Sequence record: NC_061447.1
DNA length: 64,000 nt
Strand: one strand, 5' to 3'
How positions within the stretch are numbered: the first letter of the stretch is position 1; each line of letters starts with the position of its first letter. The notes below the pieces were generated by a model, which saw nothing but the letters and a program-made list of their open reading frames with translations, had not been told where the DNA came from and made no database searches. Below are positions 1 through 8,430 of the stretch, one piece after another. The position numbers were made by a program, and so were the translations under genes.

Positions 1-1
1 C

Positions 2-760
2 ACGCTCAACCAGCTTGCTCAATATCCAGAGCAGAAAGGCCAGTATGCAGGTCTGCGTGTACCACCTGTGAAAGAACTGAAAGCGAACGTGCCTGATGCG
101 TTTGATGAAGCAAGCCAGCTCGTTAGCAATCTACTTGGCAACGCTGACTTCGTAAGCGTACAACTGCCTCTGGCTGTTGCTGGTGATACCACGTTTGCTG
201 CGAACGTACTGACTACCAATATGATTGGTGATCAGGATGATGTTCACACGTTCTCTTTGTGGGCACGTCACCTACTGTCTATCGGTATCTATGCTTACGC
301 CGATGAAAGCGGTCTGCATATCCCAGGTCTGAACTATCACGAACTGCAAGCGGCTGTAACTCAGGATGAACTCGGTGCATTTGCTGGTATCAGCTTCGAA
401 GCCACCAGCCGTCAACGTCAGACTCAGATGCTGACTGTGATTGCAGACGTGTTCCCTGAACTGACCCGCTACGTGCTGGACTATCAGTTGCAGACAGGCC
501 AGGATAAAATCTATCTGGCGCCAGAGCAGGACTTCGCACAGGCTCTCGACCTGATTCTGCATAAGCAGATTGAAGGTTACGATGACCAGTACGACCTGCT
601 GATGCAGCAACTGGCGTACATCGACGACTGGTATAACTTCGATAACTCTATCGTTCCTGTTCCGTTCACGCTGAAAGCTCTGGTCAATCCTGTGGAGTTC
701 TGGGATGTGAACGTCGAAGAAACGTCTGTTGTGATCACTAACGGTTTCGTTAGTCACAAC
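2..760 (+). mobile_element. Intein (C-terminal part) with probable degenerate LAGLIDADG-type endonuclease region
   Basis: Block F/G-like FWDVNVEETSVVITNGFVSHN is followed by Ser (nt 761). Upstream LLSIGI resembles DOD endonuclease block E/H. Confidence 0.85.
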
Positions 761-1294
761 TCTGACGTGCGTGTTCGTCTGGCTTCTCGTGCTGTGCCTC
801 AGGGCTGGCCGACAATGAAAGACGCACCGGGTATCGTTGGTGAGAAGTCTGTAACTGTTGAAGGTGGTACCGACCGCTACCGTTTCATTGCAGCCAAGAC
901 CATCAAGAACAAGATGGGCGGCATCCCTAACCAGCAGACTTGGTTACGTCTGTGGGAAGCTGACGGCAACGGTGAAGCGCGTGGCTTCGACCCAGTGTTC
1001 GATACGTGGCATTACCTGAAAACTCTCGGCCTGATCAACGGCACTCGTAAGAGCTTCAAGATCAAGGCGCCATGCCCGCTCGCATCTGACGTTAAGATGG
1101 ACTGGGATGACTTCCGTACTCTTATCAACGGCAGCAAAGAGCAAGTTGTTGGCGTGTGTAAGAAACTGAAAGTCAAACCTGCTGGCCTGCGTCTGTGGTG
1201 CTTCAAGTTCGTGCAGTCTACCAAAGGCAACGAGATGTTGAAGAACGCTATCAGTAAGTCTGCGAAGACTTCTGATGACGATGACGACGAGTAA
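2..1294 (+). CDS. recA: RecA/UvsX-like recombinase, 5'-truncated by the window edge, interrupted by an intein (C-extein starts at 761)
   Basis: The frame is open back to nt 2. After the intein end, SDVRVRL...KTIKNKMGGIP...GFDPVFDTWHYLKTLGLI aligns by eye with the RecA C-terminal ASVRLDI...KVVKNK..P...GI...ELVDLGV..LI. Confidence 0.75.
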   Translation, partial: TLNQLAQYPEQKGQYAGLRVPPVKELKANVPDAFDEASQLVSNLLGNADFVSVQLPLAVAGDTTFAANVLTTNMIGDQDDVHTFSLWARHLLSIGIYAYADESGLHIPGLNYHELQAAVTQDELGAFAGISFEATSRQRQTQMLTVIADVFPELTRYVLDYQLQTGQDKIYLAPEQDFAQALDLILHKQIEGYDDQYDLLMQQLAYIDDWYNFDNSIVPVPFTLKALVNPVEFWDVNVEETSVVITNGFVSHNSDVRVRLASRAVPQGWPTMKDAPGIVGEKSVTVEGGTDRYRFIAAKTIKNKMGGIPNQQTWLRLWEADGNGEARGFDPVFDTWHYLKTLGLINGTRKSFKIKAPCPLASDVKMDWDDFRTLINGSKEQVVGVCKKLKVKPAGLRLWCFKFVQSTKGNEMLKNAISKSAKTSDDDDDE

Positions 1295-1299
1295 TAAAC

Positions 1300-1330
1300 G
1301 CGGGAGGGCTTCGGCTCTCCCTTCTTTTGT
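1300..1330 (+). terminator. Rho-independent terminator
   Basis: GGGAGGGC-TTCG-GCTCTCCC then a T-tract. Confidence 0.85.
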
Positions 1331-1343
1331 TTGAGGAGAACAA

Positions 1344-1772
1344 ATGCGTACTCAAATCTATACTGCTGATATCCTTAATCTGGAAACAGTGACAGTCAAC
1401 GAAGAAGACGGTAGTGAGGTTCGTACACCAACTATCGTGCCTAACGTTGAAGGCGAACCTGAGTTCAATGTCGATACAGTCTATTCTCTGTTGCAGTCAG
1501 CACTGCCAGAAGAGTCTGCTCCTGATACACGCCGAATCGTATTGGTAACTCTTGATTTGGTGGCAGGCTTCTCTACCAACGGCCTGGAAAACTTCTTCGA
1601 CCCTATCGCTCGCGTCGAAGATATCACTGCTGGTAACGTCGGCAGCATTCTCGGCCTACAGGTTGTCGTCAATGACAAGTCTGTTGCGCCATGCCTTGCA
1701 GTGGCAAACGTTAGCGATGTTGAAGAGGGTGTCACAATTCTCTCATACAGCGCGGCCCGCGTAAAACTGTAA
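1344..1772 (+). CDS. Hypothetical protein
   Basis: ORF with GAGGAG RBS. Confidence 0.8.
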   Translation: MRTQIYTADILNLETVTVNEEDGSEVRTPTIVPNVEGEPEFNVDTVYSLLQSALPEESAPDTRRIVLVTLDLVAGFSTNGLENFFDPIARVEDITAGNVGSILGLQVVVNDKSVAPCLAVANVSDVEEGVTILSYSAARVKL

Positions 1773-1872
1773 ACCAATAGTGGGAGGCATCCCTCCCACA
1801 TTCTCTCGCTTGATAGGCTATCCGCCACAAGCAAACAACTTAACTCGATAGGCTATGCGCCAGGAGTGTTTT

Positions 1873-2583
1873 ATGAAAAAGATTCAGACTAACATCTTAC
1901 CAACCGAAGCTCTGCACGGACTTATTCACGGATTTTTCCATCAGGCAAAATCTCCTGAACATCCATCTGATAGTTCACGGAGTTTGATCTATATTGATGT
2001 TACCGACACTAGTGCTAGAAACGCATTGTACGCGATACTGAAACGCGAGCCTTCTAGCTATACGCATCCAGTTGCCTATGATCGCGTTGGTGACGTGCGT
2101 GGCTTTACCGCACCTCGCCATCTTCCTGTAGTTCTGTCTGCGAACTTAGCACATGTGGATAAACCAACACTGGCAAGCTCTCTTGCTGGTATTTTTAGCG
2201 CTCTTTCTCACACCGTACATAAATACGATACACAAATAACTATCTACGGTGAACCCCAGATTGAGAAACTTCTGTCTGACGTTCGAAATATTCAGTTTAA
2301 GGACTTCTTGGAAGTATGTACACCAGAACTCGCTTGCGGTGACTTCGATCTAAAATCCAACATCACCGTAGACAACTTTGTGTCTATTGCGATCGATCCA
2401 GAGTTCGCACAGCGTATTCCGGAAAGCCCAGGTACGACCTACACGTTCGGCCGTGACTTCATGTTCATGCACTATGAAGATCTGCACAAAGTCATTCAGA
2501 TCCTGCGTAAATATAAGAAGAACTGCACCTTGCATCCAGACTTGATGCGCTACTACTTCATGAACGTAATCTGTAAATATTGA
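1873..2583 (+). CDS. Hypothetical protein
   Basis: AGGAG RBS before ATG 1873; 236-codon ORF. Confidence 0.75.
   Translation: MKKIQTNILPTEALHGLIHGFFHQAKSPEHPSDSSRSLIYIDVTDTSARNALYAILKREPSSYTHPVAYDRVGDVRGFTAPRHLPVVLSANLAHVDKPTLASSLAGIFSALSHTVHKYDTQITIYGEPQIEKLLSDVRNIQFKDFLEVCTPELACGDFDLKSNITVDNFVSIAIDPEFAQRIPESPGTTYTFGRDFMFMHYEDLHKVIQILRKYKKNCTLHPDLMRYYFMNVICKY
2570..2579 (+). promoter_or_regulatory. TCTGTAAATA motif (putative phage-sigma promoter, class B)
   Basis: Recurs at gene ends and in intergenic positions (9610, 27482, 50769, 52291, 52348, 59395). Confidence 0.5.
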
Positions 2584-2631
2584 TCACCAACCGAACACAA
2601 ATGCTGTGTGTAGTCTAGCCCGACTTGGGCA

Positions 2632-2662
2632 GGGGAGAGCCTGATGGCCTCCCCATTTTTTT
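2632..2662 (+). terminator. Rho-independent terminator or attenuator upstream of the AcrVA2-like gene
   Basis: GGGGAGAGCC-TGAT-GGCCTCCCC then a T7 tract. Confidence 0.7.
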
Positions 2663-2676
2663 GTCTGGGAGTTTCT

Positions 2677-3699
2677 ATGTCTGAAAAAGCAACATTCGTC
2701 CAAGTACATGAGGCATACCTACAGGAGTCCGCCTCTCGTGGTGCAGCACGATCAAAGATAACCGATCACTTCACTAAGTACCTGAAAAACAAGAACGGTA
2801 AACTCCCTTCCCTCGGAATCCCTATGGAAGAGTTTGTTCGTTGGGCTAATATGATTCCAACGGAGATCAATCCTGACATAGCACGTCAGCTAATGTTTAT
2901 TTCGTCAGCGACCTATACGCATTACGTTTGGTCTTTTACGAAAGCATCGTTTGTGATTGAGAAAGAACTGTGGCCGCATCTGATTGAGGGTGATGCACCT
3001 AAAGTGCTGCCGACCTCTACGCTGCGTCAATTACCTCACTGGTCGCAGTGGATCAATTGTGTGTTCACACTCGACTACAAACATGCCGCGACCGGTAACA
3101 AATACGAAATTGATATTGAAGGGTTCTGGGCAACATACGTTAACTACCAAGAGGCAACTCACCTGAGCTTGTCCTGCTTCGGTGTGTATAATGATGGCAC
3201 AGGCAATCAAGTAATGTCGCTCTATATCATATTTGACATTACCAAAGACATGGAACTGTCTGATGGTTTCGATTGGTTCATGCACCTTGTAGGCGCTAAC
3301 GGCGCGACTGGTGTTGACAGTAATTCTGACAACGGCCCTGAGATCACTGGAGCTGTCATGGCTCTCATGAAGCCTGTCGTTAACGTGCTGCTGTTCGTTG
3401 CATCACAGGTAGACAATATCTATAAAGGAGGAATCAAATCACTCAAACCTAGACGTAGCGGTAACAGTTACAAAATCATTCCTGTTCGTGATGTTCGTGA
3501 GTGGAATGTGGGTACAGAGTTGCTTAATGAAATTCGTACCTATGAAAGCGAAGTGAAATCTCATGAATCTAATGGTCGTCGTGCGCATATACGCAGAGGC
3601 CATCATCATAGTTATTGGTACGGACCTTTAAAGGGTGAGCGTGAATTAAAGTCACGCTGGGTACCACCATGTGTTGTTCGTGGCACTATCGCAGAATAA
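2677..3699 (+). CDS. AcrVA2/FinQ-family protein
   Basis: The motifs VW..T...F.I..EL, PTS.L..LP.W, IEGFWATY, VG.EL..E.R.YES and RAHIRRGHHHSYWYG...RW.P...V are colinear with AcrVA2 as I recall it; GGGAG RBS. Confidence 0.75.
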   Translation: MSEKATFVQVHEAYLQESASRGAARSKITDHFTKYLKNKNGKLPSLGIPMEEFVRWANMIPTEINPDIARQLMFISSATYTHYVWSFTKASFVIEKELWPHLIEGDAPKVLPTSTLRQLPHWSQWINCVFTLDYKHAATGNKYEIDIEGFWATYVNYQEATHLSLSCFGVYNDGTGNQVMSLYIIFDITKDMELSDGFDWFMHLVGANGATGVDSNSDNGPEITGAVMALMKPVVNVLLFVASQVDNIYKGGIKSLKPRRSGNSYKIIPVRDVREWNVGTELLNEIRTYESEVKSHESNGRRAHIRRGHHHSYWYGPLKGERELKSRWVPPCVVRGTIAE

Positions 3700-3745
3700 C
3701 TTTTTATCTCAACTCCATGTATGGGCGTTATGCCCGGAGGCTATT

Positions 3746-4513
3746 ATGAAATCTCGTGTACAACATATGTATATCCCTGCTATGGGATCGTTTGACCCTT
3801 ACGTCCGTTCTCTGTGCCATATGGCGCGAGCACTGGAAAACAATGGCTTGAATTACGGCACGTCAAAGCCTGTCGTGATCATCGGCACTTCTAAACGTGT
3901 AGTCGAAGCCTACGTTAAGCAGTTACTGAATACAAACAATCTGCCACACACTCTCATTTGCTTTGGTGTGGACGAACCGCCTATCAGTCATCGTGACTAT
4001 ACTTACGCTGGCGCCCACGTTGTGTTGATGCACGATCTAACGTATGTTTGCAGCGACACAATGAACAAGGTTGCCACACGCGTCCTAGAAATCATAGACA
4101 GCCTGAAACAGAAAGAAGGTGATACTGACCTCAAAAACAGTGAGCTGTCTTTGGTGTATTCAAACCCGGACTTGTGGCAGGCTATTCTTGACTACGGCGC
4201 TGCTTCATTTATGCACATGGGTGGACGTAATATCGAATATCGCAGCGGCTTGGTTTCATCTGTAAGCCTTGATGCACTGATGAAGTGCGAAAGCAACCAA
4301 GAATACCATGAGCTTCGTGCCGAAACTATTACGATCGGCCTGGAGTTCTTCTGTGTGCGCACGGACTACCTGCTGTCCAAAGTGCATAACCTGTTGTGGT
4401 CACTCGCGTGTGATGACTGTGAGTTCAAAGCGAACCATCGTATCATCTTCCACGAAGACTTCCGCCGCTTGTTCTTTGAAGAATACATCCTCAGGGACTT
4501 CAAGGGCTTTTAA
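3746..4513 (+). CDS. Hypothetical protein (weak resemblance to a clamp-loader delta-like inactive AAA+)
   Basis: GGAGG RBS; the fold guess rests only on the PVVIIG and AGAHVVLMHD strands. Confidence 0.7.
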   Translation: MKSRVQHMYIPAMGSFDPYVRSLCHMARALENNGLNYGTSKPVVIIGTSKRVVEAYVKQLLNTNNLPHTLICFGVDEPPISHRDYTYAGAHVVLMHDLTYVCSDTMNKVATRVLEIIDSLKQKEGDTDLKNSELSLVYSNPDLWQAILDYGAASFMHMGGRNIEYRSGLVSSVSLDALMKCESNQEYHELRAETITIGLEFFCVRTDYLLSKVHNLLWSLACDDCEFKANHRIIFHEDFRRLFFEEYILRDFKGF

Positions 4514-4587
4514 GAATATTCTTAGCCTGCTCTCTAATTTCTATATGTTGGCAAGTAGTGCTGACGTAGAGTTATTGGAGAAATAAC

Positions 4588-4848
4588 ATGTGCGGTCGTA
4601 GCCTTATCAGGTTGAAGTACAACGCACGGTCCTCGAACTGGTGCAATAATAAAGTAAACGCTTGTAGTGAGCGGAAGGCGACCAACGTACAATGCGAAGA
4701 TTTTCTGGCAGCAACGAAAAACTGCCGCAGTGTGCAAGAGTCGTCCAGTGTTGTTTCTTTCTTTGATGGCCAAGAGCTGGTTGGTCAGGCTGTATGGCAT
4801 GAGATAGAAGGCGACAATACACTTCAATTCCGGTTGCTACTTGCTTAA
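4588..4848 (+). CDS. Hypothetical protein
   Basis: GGAG RBS, 86 aa ORF, followed by a terminator. Confidence 0.6.
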   Translation: MCGRSLIRLKYNARSSNWCNNKVNACSERKATNVQCEDFLAATKNCRSVQESSSVVSFFDGQELVGQAVWHEIEGDNTLQFRLLLA

Positions 4849-4852
4849 CGAT

Positions 4853-4890
4853 AAAAGGGCTTTCAGAGAGTATCTGATGGCCCTTTTCTT
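4853..4890 (+). terminator. Rho-independent terminator (possibly bidirectional)
   Basis: AAAAGGGC...GCCCTTTTCTT. Confidence 0.7.
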
Positions 4891-4946
4891 ATTCTGACGC
4901 TAATTTTGACCTGTCAATACACACAAACCGAACTCGGGGTAATAAC

Positions 4947-6587
4947 ATGTCTTTGATTAAGATTGAAGGTGTTGCATCCACCTCCGCTCCAACGCGAGCG
5001 CAGAAAGATGCTGCTGAATTTCTGTTTGGCTCTAAGGGCCACGCAATCGTTGCCGTGCTCGACAAATTCAGTCGTGCCAAAGAACTGCGTTCTGCACACC
5101 TTGATGGTCTGCTCAAGCTGATGAAAGAAGGCGAAGATGATGATATCATCAAATTCGGTGCTTCTGCTTTGGGCAAGAAAACCATCCAGAATGCCAAAGC
5201 GTTTGCTGTTGCGAAAACTTTGACTGCTTCTATCAAGGCACTGAAACTGATTCGCGTTCCTGTTAAGTGGATCGAAGGTCACTCTGATGTGGCTGCTGCT
5301 CGCGTACAGGAAACCAAAGAGGTTCGCGCACGTCGTACTGCTGGGAACAAAGTTGAGAAGCCGATTAAGCTCGACAACCCAGGCGCACCTGAAGCTACTA
5401 CCGTAGATAACAAAGTTATTGATCCGAAGAAGGGATCTGCGACGCCAGCCACAGATGAAGTGAGTGTAATTTCAAGCACGTCATACAACAAGTCTATTGG
5501 CGTTAACTCTATTGTAATTCGACGCTTCTTCCGTGGCCATGAAGTCACCAGCTCTCTGATGTTCAGAAAAGGTGTAGGTGAGCAAGCGACTCAACTCGGA
5601 CTTTCCTCTCACGGTAACGGCCATGAGCAAGGTGCTGGTCTGTTGGTTGAAGCGTTCAAAGCAACTGGCGTCAAGCCTGTTTGGTATCTGGCTGATGCTG
5701 GCGATGCTGCGTTCGATCTGGGTTCTGCTGCAAACGTGGCGAAAGTGTTTAAGTGGCTGCGAGCACGAAAAGTCGGTATGACCTTTGACGCAAAAGCGAA
5801 ACTGCCTAAGTCCGGCAAAGTTCCAGCAGGCGCCTCTCGAATTGTTCGAAACGATATCGGTAAGCAGAAGACTGCAACGGCAGACGAAATCAATAAAATG
5901 ACCTTTGAATTTGTTAAGAGCAAAAACACAGGCAAAGATTCCGTAGAGCTAAGTTTCAAACAACCTTCGAACGGTCATGAGTGGTCACTGAACCTGTCAC
6001 GTCAAGGCGATTCTATTGCGAGCGATCATGACGGTACATCTGGCTATCAGACGGCAGAATCATTCCTGCAGCGTGGCGTCACTGCCATTGGTGGTACCCT
6101 TGTTTGGGAGCACCAACAGCCAGGTAGCGCGAGCTTCAAATTCGCAAGCGAAGATCAGGCCAAACAGTTTATGGCCTGGGCCAAGAAGCAGAAAGCCCAA
6201 ACCATCAACTTCAAGACTGAGCCAAAACTCACAGTCGCTAAGAGCGCAGGATATACGCCGTCAGGCAAATCTGATGTGACGCTGGTGGATGAACTGGCAG
6301 AAGTTACCGCACGTAAGATCGCTGCAAAGCCATTGCAGGCGCGTGAAGAATATTTCAATGCGCTGCGTAATACTCTGCACTCTAACCTGCGTAACTCTGT
6401 GGTTAACACAACGTCCGATGGTGTTACCGTTGCACTTGGTAGCAAGCTGTACACGATCCGCCTGTCAGATAACGCGTGGACTATTCAGACTGGCGCTACT
6501 GGTAAGCAGAAAAAAGTCGGTGCAACGTTCGATATCGTTGACCTGCTGGGTATGATGGACAAGAGCATTCTGCGTCCTAAAGCATAA
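4947..6587 (+). CDS. Hypothetical Lys/Ala-rich multidomain protein
   Basis: 546 aa ORF with phage-typical codon usage, closed by a terminator. Confidence 0.85.
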   Translation: MSLIKIEGVASTSAPTRAQKDAAEFLFGSKGHAIVAVLDKFSRAKELRSAHLDGLLKLMKEGEDDDIIKFGASALGKKTIQNAKAFAVAKTLTASIKALKLIRVPVKWIEGHSDVAAARVQETKEVRARRTAGNKVEKPIKLDNPGAPEATTVDNKVIDPKKGSATPATDEVSVISSTSYNKSIGVNSIVIRRFFRGHEVTSSLMFRKGVGEQATQLGLSSHGNGHEQGAGLLVEAFKATGVKPVWYLADAGDAAFDLGSAANVAKVFKWLRARKVGMTFDAKAKLPKSGKVPAGASRIVRNDIGKQKTATADEINKMTFEFVKSKNTGKDSVELSFKQPSNGHEWSLNLSRQGDSIASDHDGTSGYQTAESFLQRGVTAIGGTLVWEHQQPGSASFKFASEDQAKQFMAWAKKQKAQTINFKTEPKLTVAKSAGYTPSGKSDVTLVDELAEVTARKIAAKPLQAREEYFNALRNTLHSNLRNSVVNTTSDGVTVALGSKLYTIRLSDNAWTIQTGATGKQKKVGATFDIVDLLGMMDKSILRPKA

Positions 6588-6590
6588 TCA

Positions 6591-6618
6591 AAAGGGGTGG
6601 CTTCGGCTGCCCCTTTTT
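6591..6618 (+). terminator. Rho-independent terminator
   Basis: AAAAGGGGTGGC-TTCG-GCTGCCCCTTTTT. Confidence 0.9.
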
Positions 6619-6649
6619 GCGTCTATATGCCCTCAGATCTGTGAAGTCT

Positions 6650-6702
6650 GCAAATAATAGGCTGAAATAGCTCTTTATACGCACACGCGCCTGTGATACA
6701 AT
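6650..6702 (+). promoter_or_regulatory. Class A promoter (variant upstream element plus TGnTACAAT)
   Basis: GCAAATAATAGGCTGAAAT ... TGA-TACAAT at 6697, with the same spacing as the other copies. Confidence 0.7.
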
Positions 6703-6755
6703 ATATGCAGACGCTACATGTCGTAGCGCATACAACTCATGCTAAGGGGCATACA

Positions 6756-7460
6756 ATGAAAGCAGCAGATTTTGACAAAGCATTCAACGCGAAAGACGAA
6801 GCAACCTTAAACGCATACGCCGACAAAATTGTTGCGGCGCTTAACGCTCTTGGTCGCTATGACCTGAAACTTCAAATCCTCTTCGGCACCGACCCGTACG
6901 GCGAGTGCCCTGATTTTGTGAATGACCCGAACGGTTTCCGCGTTACACAGAACGGCGAAGAAATTTTCGATATCTACACGCCGACTGAAAAACAAATTGA
7001 AGCCGATTCGTCTGATGCTTTCGTATACGCTTCATTAACTGGCGTTGAAGCCACGAAGTGGGGCAAGATGGTAAGCGAAGATGACGTGACAGAAATCGCC
7101 GCTGACCTGAACGAAGAAATCGAACGTGCCAGCCGCGTGTTTGATGAATCTGATCGTCAGATGCTGCAAAAACTCGCCGACACTTTGAACGCTCGTATGG
7201 ATCGTACCGATGCGCGAGTGATCGTAACGAACGGCGCCGAAGACGATCTGATTCTTATGGTAGTTGGCTATGACGCCGAAGAAGATGAAGTCAGTGATGA
7301 ATACGGCTTCTTCTTATCGCTTCCGTATACTGATGTAGAAGGCACCGACGAGAAATACAGCCTGCACTACGCTGGCTACCCTGGCGTGAATGATCACTCA
7401 TACAGCTCTGCTGACCTCGACGAAATTTCAGAAGAAATCGAGTCACTCGACCTGATGTAA
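6756..7460 (+). CDS. Acidic hypothetical protein
   Basis: AAGGGG RBS; Asp/Glu-rich throughout. Confidence 0.8.
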   Translation: MKAADFDKAFNAKDEATLNAYADKIVAALNALGRYDLKLQILFGTDPYGECPDFVNDPNGFRVTQNGEEIFDIYTPTEKQIEADSSDAFVYASLTGVEATKWGKMVSEDDVTEIAADLNEEIERASRVFDESDRQMLQKLADTLNARMDRTDARVIVTNGAEDDLILMVVGYDAEEDEVSDEYGFFLSLPYTDVEGTDEKYSLHYAGYPGVNDHSYSSADLDEISEEIESLDLM

Positions 7461-7463
7461 TCT

Positions 7464-7516
7464 ACACAAAGCTGGTCAAAAGCGCCATAGCAATGTGGCG
7501 CTCATTATCGTATTAT
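7464..7516 (+). promoter_or_regulatory. Class A promoter
   Basis: CTGGTCAAAA, then TATTAT at 7511 (32 nt after TGGTCA). Confidence 0.55.
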
Positions 7517-7564
7517 GTAATCTCTAGCGCAATGACGCGCTCAACACAGAAAGAGGCAATAACA

Positions 7565-7804
7565 ATGGCTGAGAAACAAGTAGTTCTTGATCTGATCGCA
7601 GACGTAGCATCACCTACAGAAGTTATCTTCGAAGATGGTCAATCGTCTAATGAGTGGCTGGCTCCATACGATCTGCGTCTGACCGTGTCGCAGAACGAAG
7701 GGCCGAACGGCTACCCCGAAGTGAACATCATCGGCGATGAAGACAATCTGAAACGCTTCTTGTCTGAACAAGACCTTGAAGGTTCGGTCGAAGAAGTGAA
7801 GTAA
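7565..7804 (+). CDS. Small acidic hypothetical protein
   Basis: GAGG RBS; 79 aa. Confidence 0.8.
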   Translation: MAEKQVVLDLIADVASPTEVIFEDGQSSNEWLAPYDLRLTVSQNEGPNGYPEVNIIGDEDNLKRFLSEQDLEGSVEEVK

Positions 7805-7812
7805 AGTTGTTT

Positions 7813-7844
7813 GAGCGGGGCTTCGGCCTCGCTTCTTTTTTTTT
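7813..7844 (+). terminator. Rho-independent terminator
   Basis: GAGCGGGGC-TTCG-GCCTCGCTTC then a long T-tract. Confidence 0.9.
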
Positions 7845-7864
7845 ATTCTGCCTGAGATTAAACG

Positions 7865-8368
7865 ATGAAAACATCATACCTGATTATTCGCCTCAACGCC
7901 AAAGATATGTATGACCGTGAATTTTTAATGCGCGGCTTTAACGCAAAACGCATTGAGAAAGTTATCGGCGTTATCGCTATTGTAGGTGAAGGCCTGCTGA
8001 CAGATGATTCTAAGATGTACCACCTGTCGCGTGTCGATATCAACCTGCTTGAGTCAGATACTCAACAAAGCTGGGCGCGTTTCAACTGGTCCTGTGTTGA
8101 CGATAACCTCATTGATTCTGGCATGCGCCGTTTGCCAACTGAGTTGCGCGATAGAATTACGGCGATGCGCACTAATCGCATTTACTGCGAAGTCGATACG
8201 GCTATACCAGAAGCGTTTCGTGACTGTCATACTAAGTTTGTGTACAAGTCACGCCCCGCACGTCTGACCGTTAGTGACGAGAAAACAGGTACGCTCGACG
8301 AGTTCACTGTAGAAGAAATCGTAGCTAACCTGAAAACGCGCATTAAAGGCGTCACTATCGCTTTCTAA
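7865..8368 (+). CDS. Hypothetical protein
   Basis: 167 aa ORF. Confidence 0.75.
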   Translation: MKTSYLIIRLNAKDMYDREFLMRGFNAKRIEKVIGVIAIVGEGLLTDDSKMYHLSRVDINLLESDTQQSWARFNWSCVDDNLIDSGMRRLPTELRDRITAMRTNRIYCEVDTAIPEAFRDCHTKFVYKSRPARLTVSDEKTGTLDEFTVEEIVANLKTRIKGVTIAF

Positions 8369-8430
8369 TCCTTGTCTGACTGTGGCGTTACGGCGCCACT
8401 TACTTCACAATCTAATTGAGAGAACATGCC

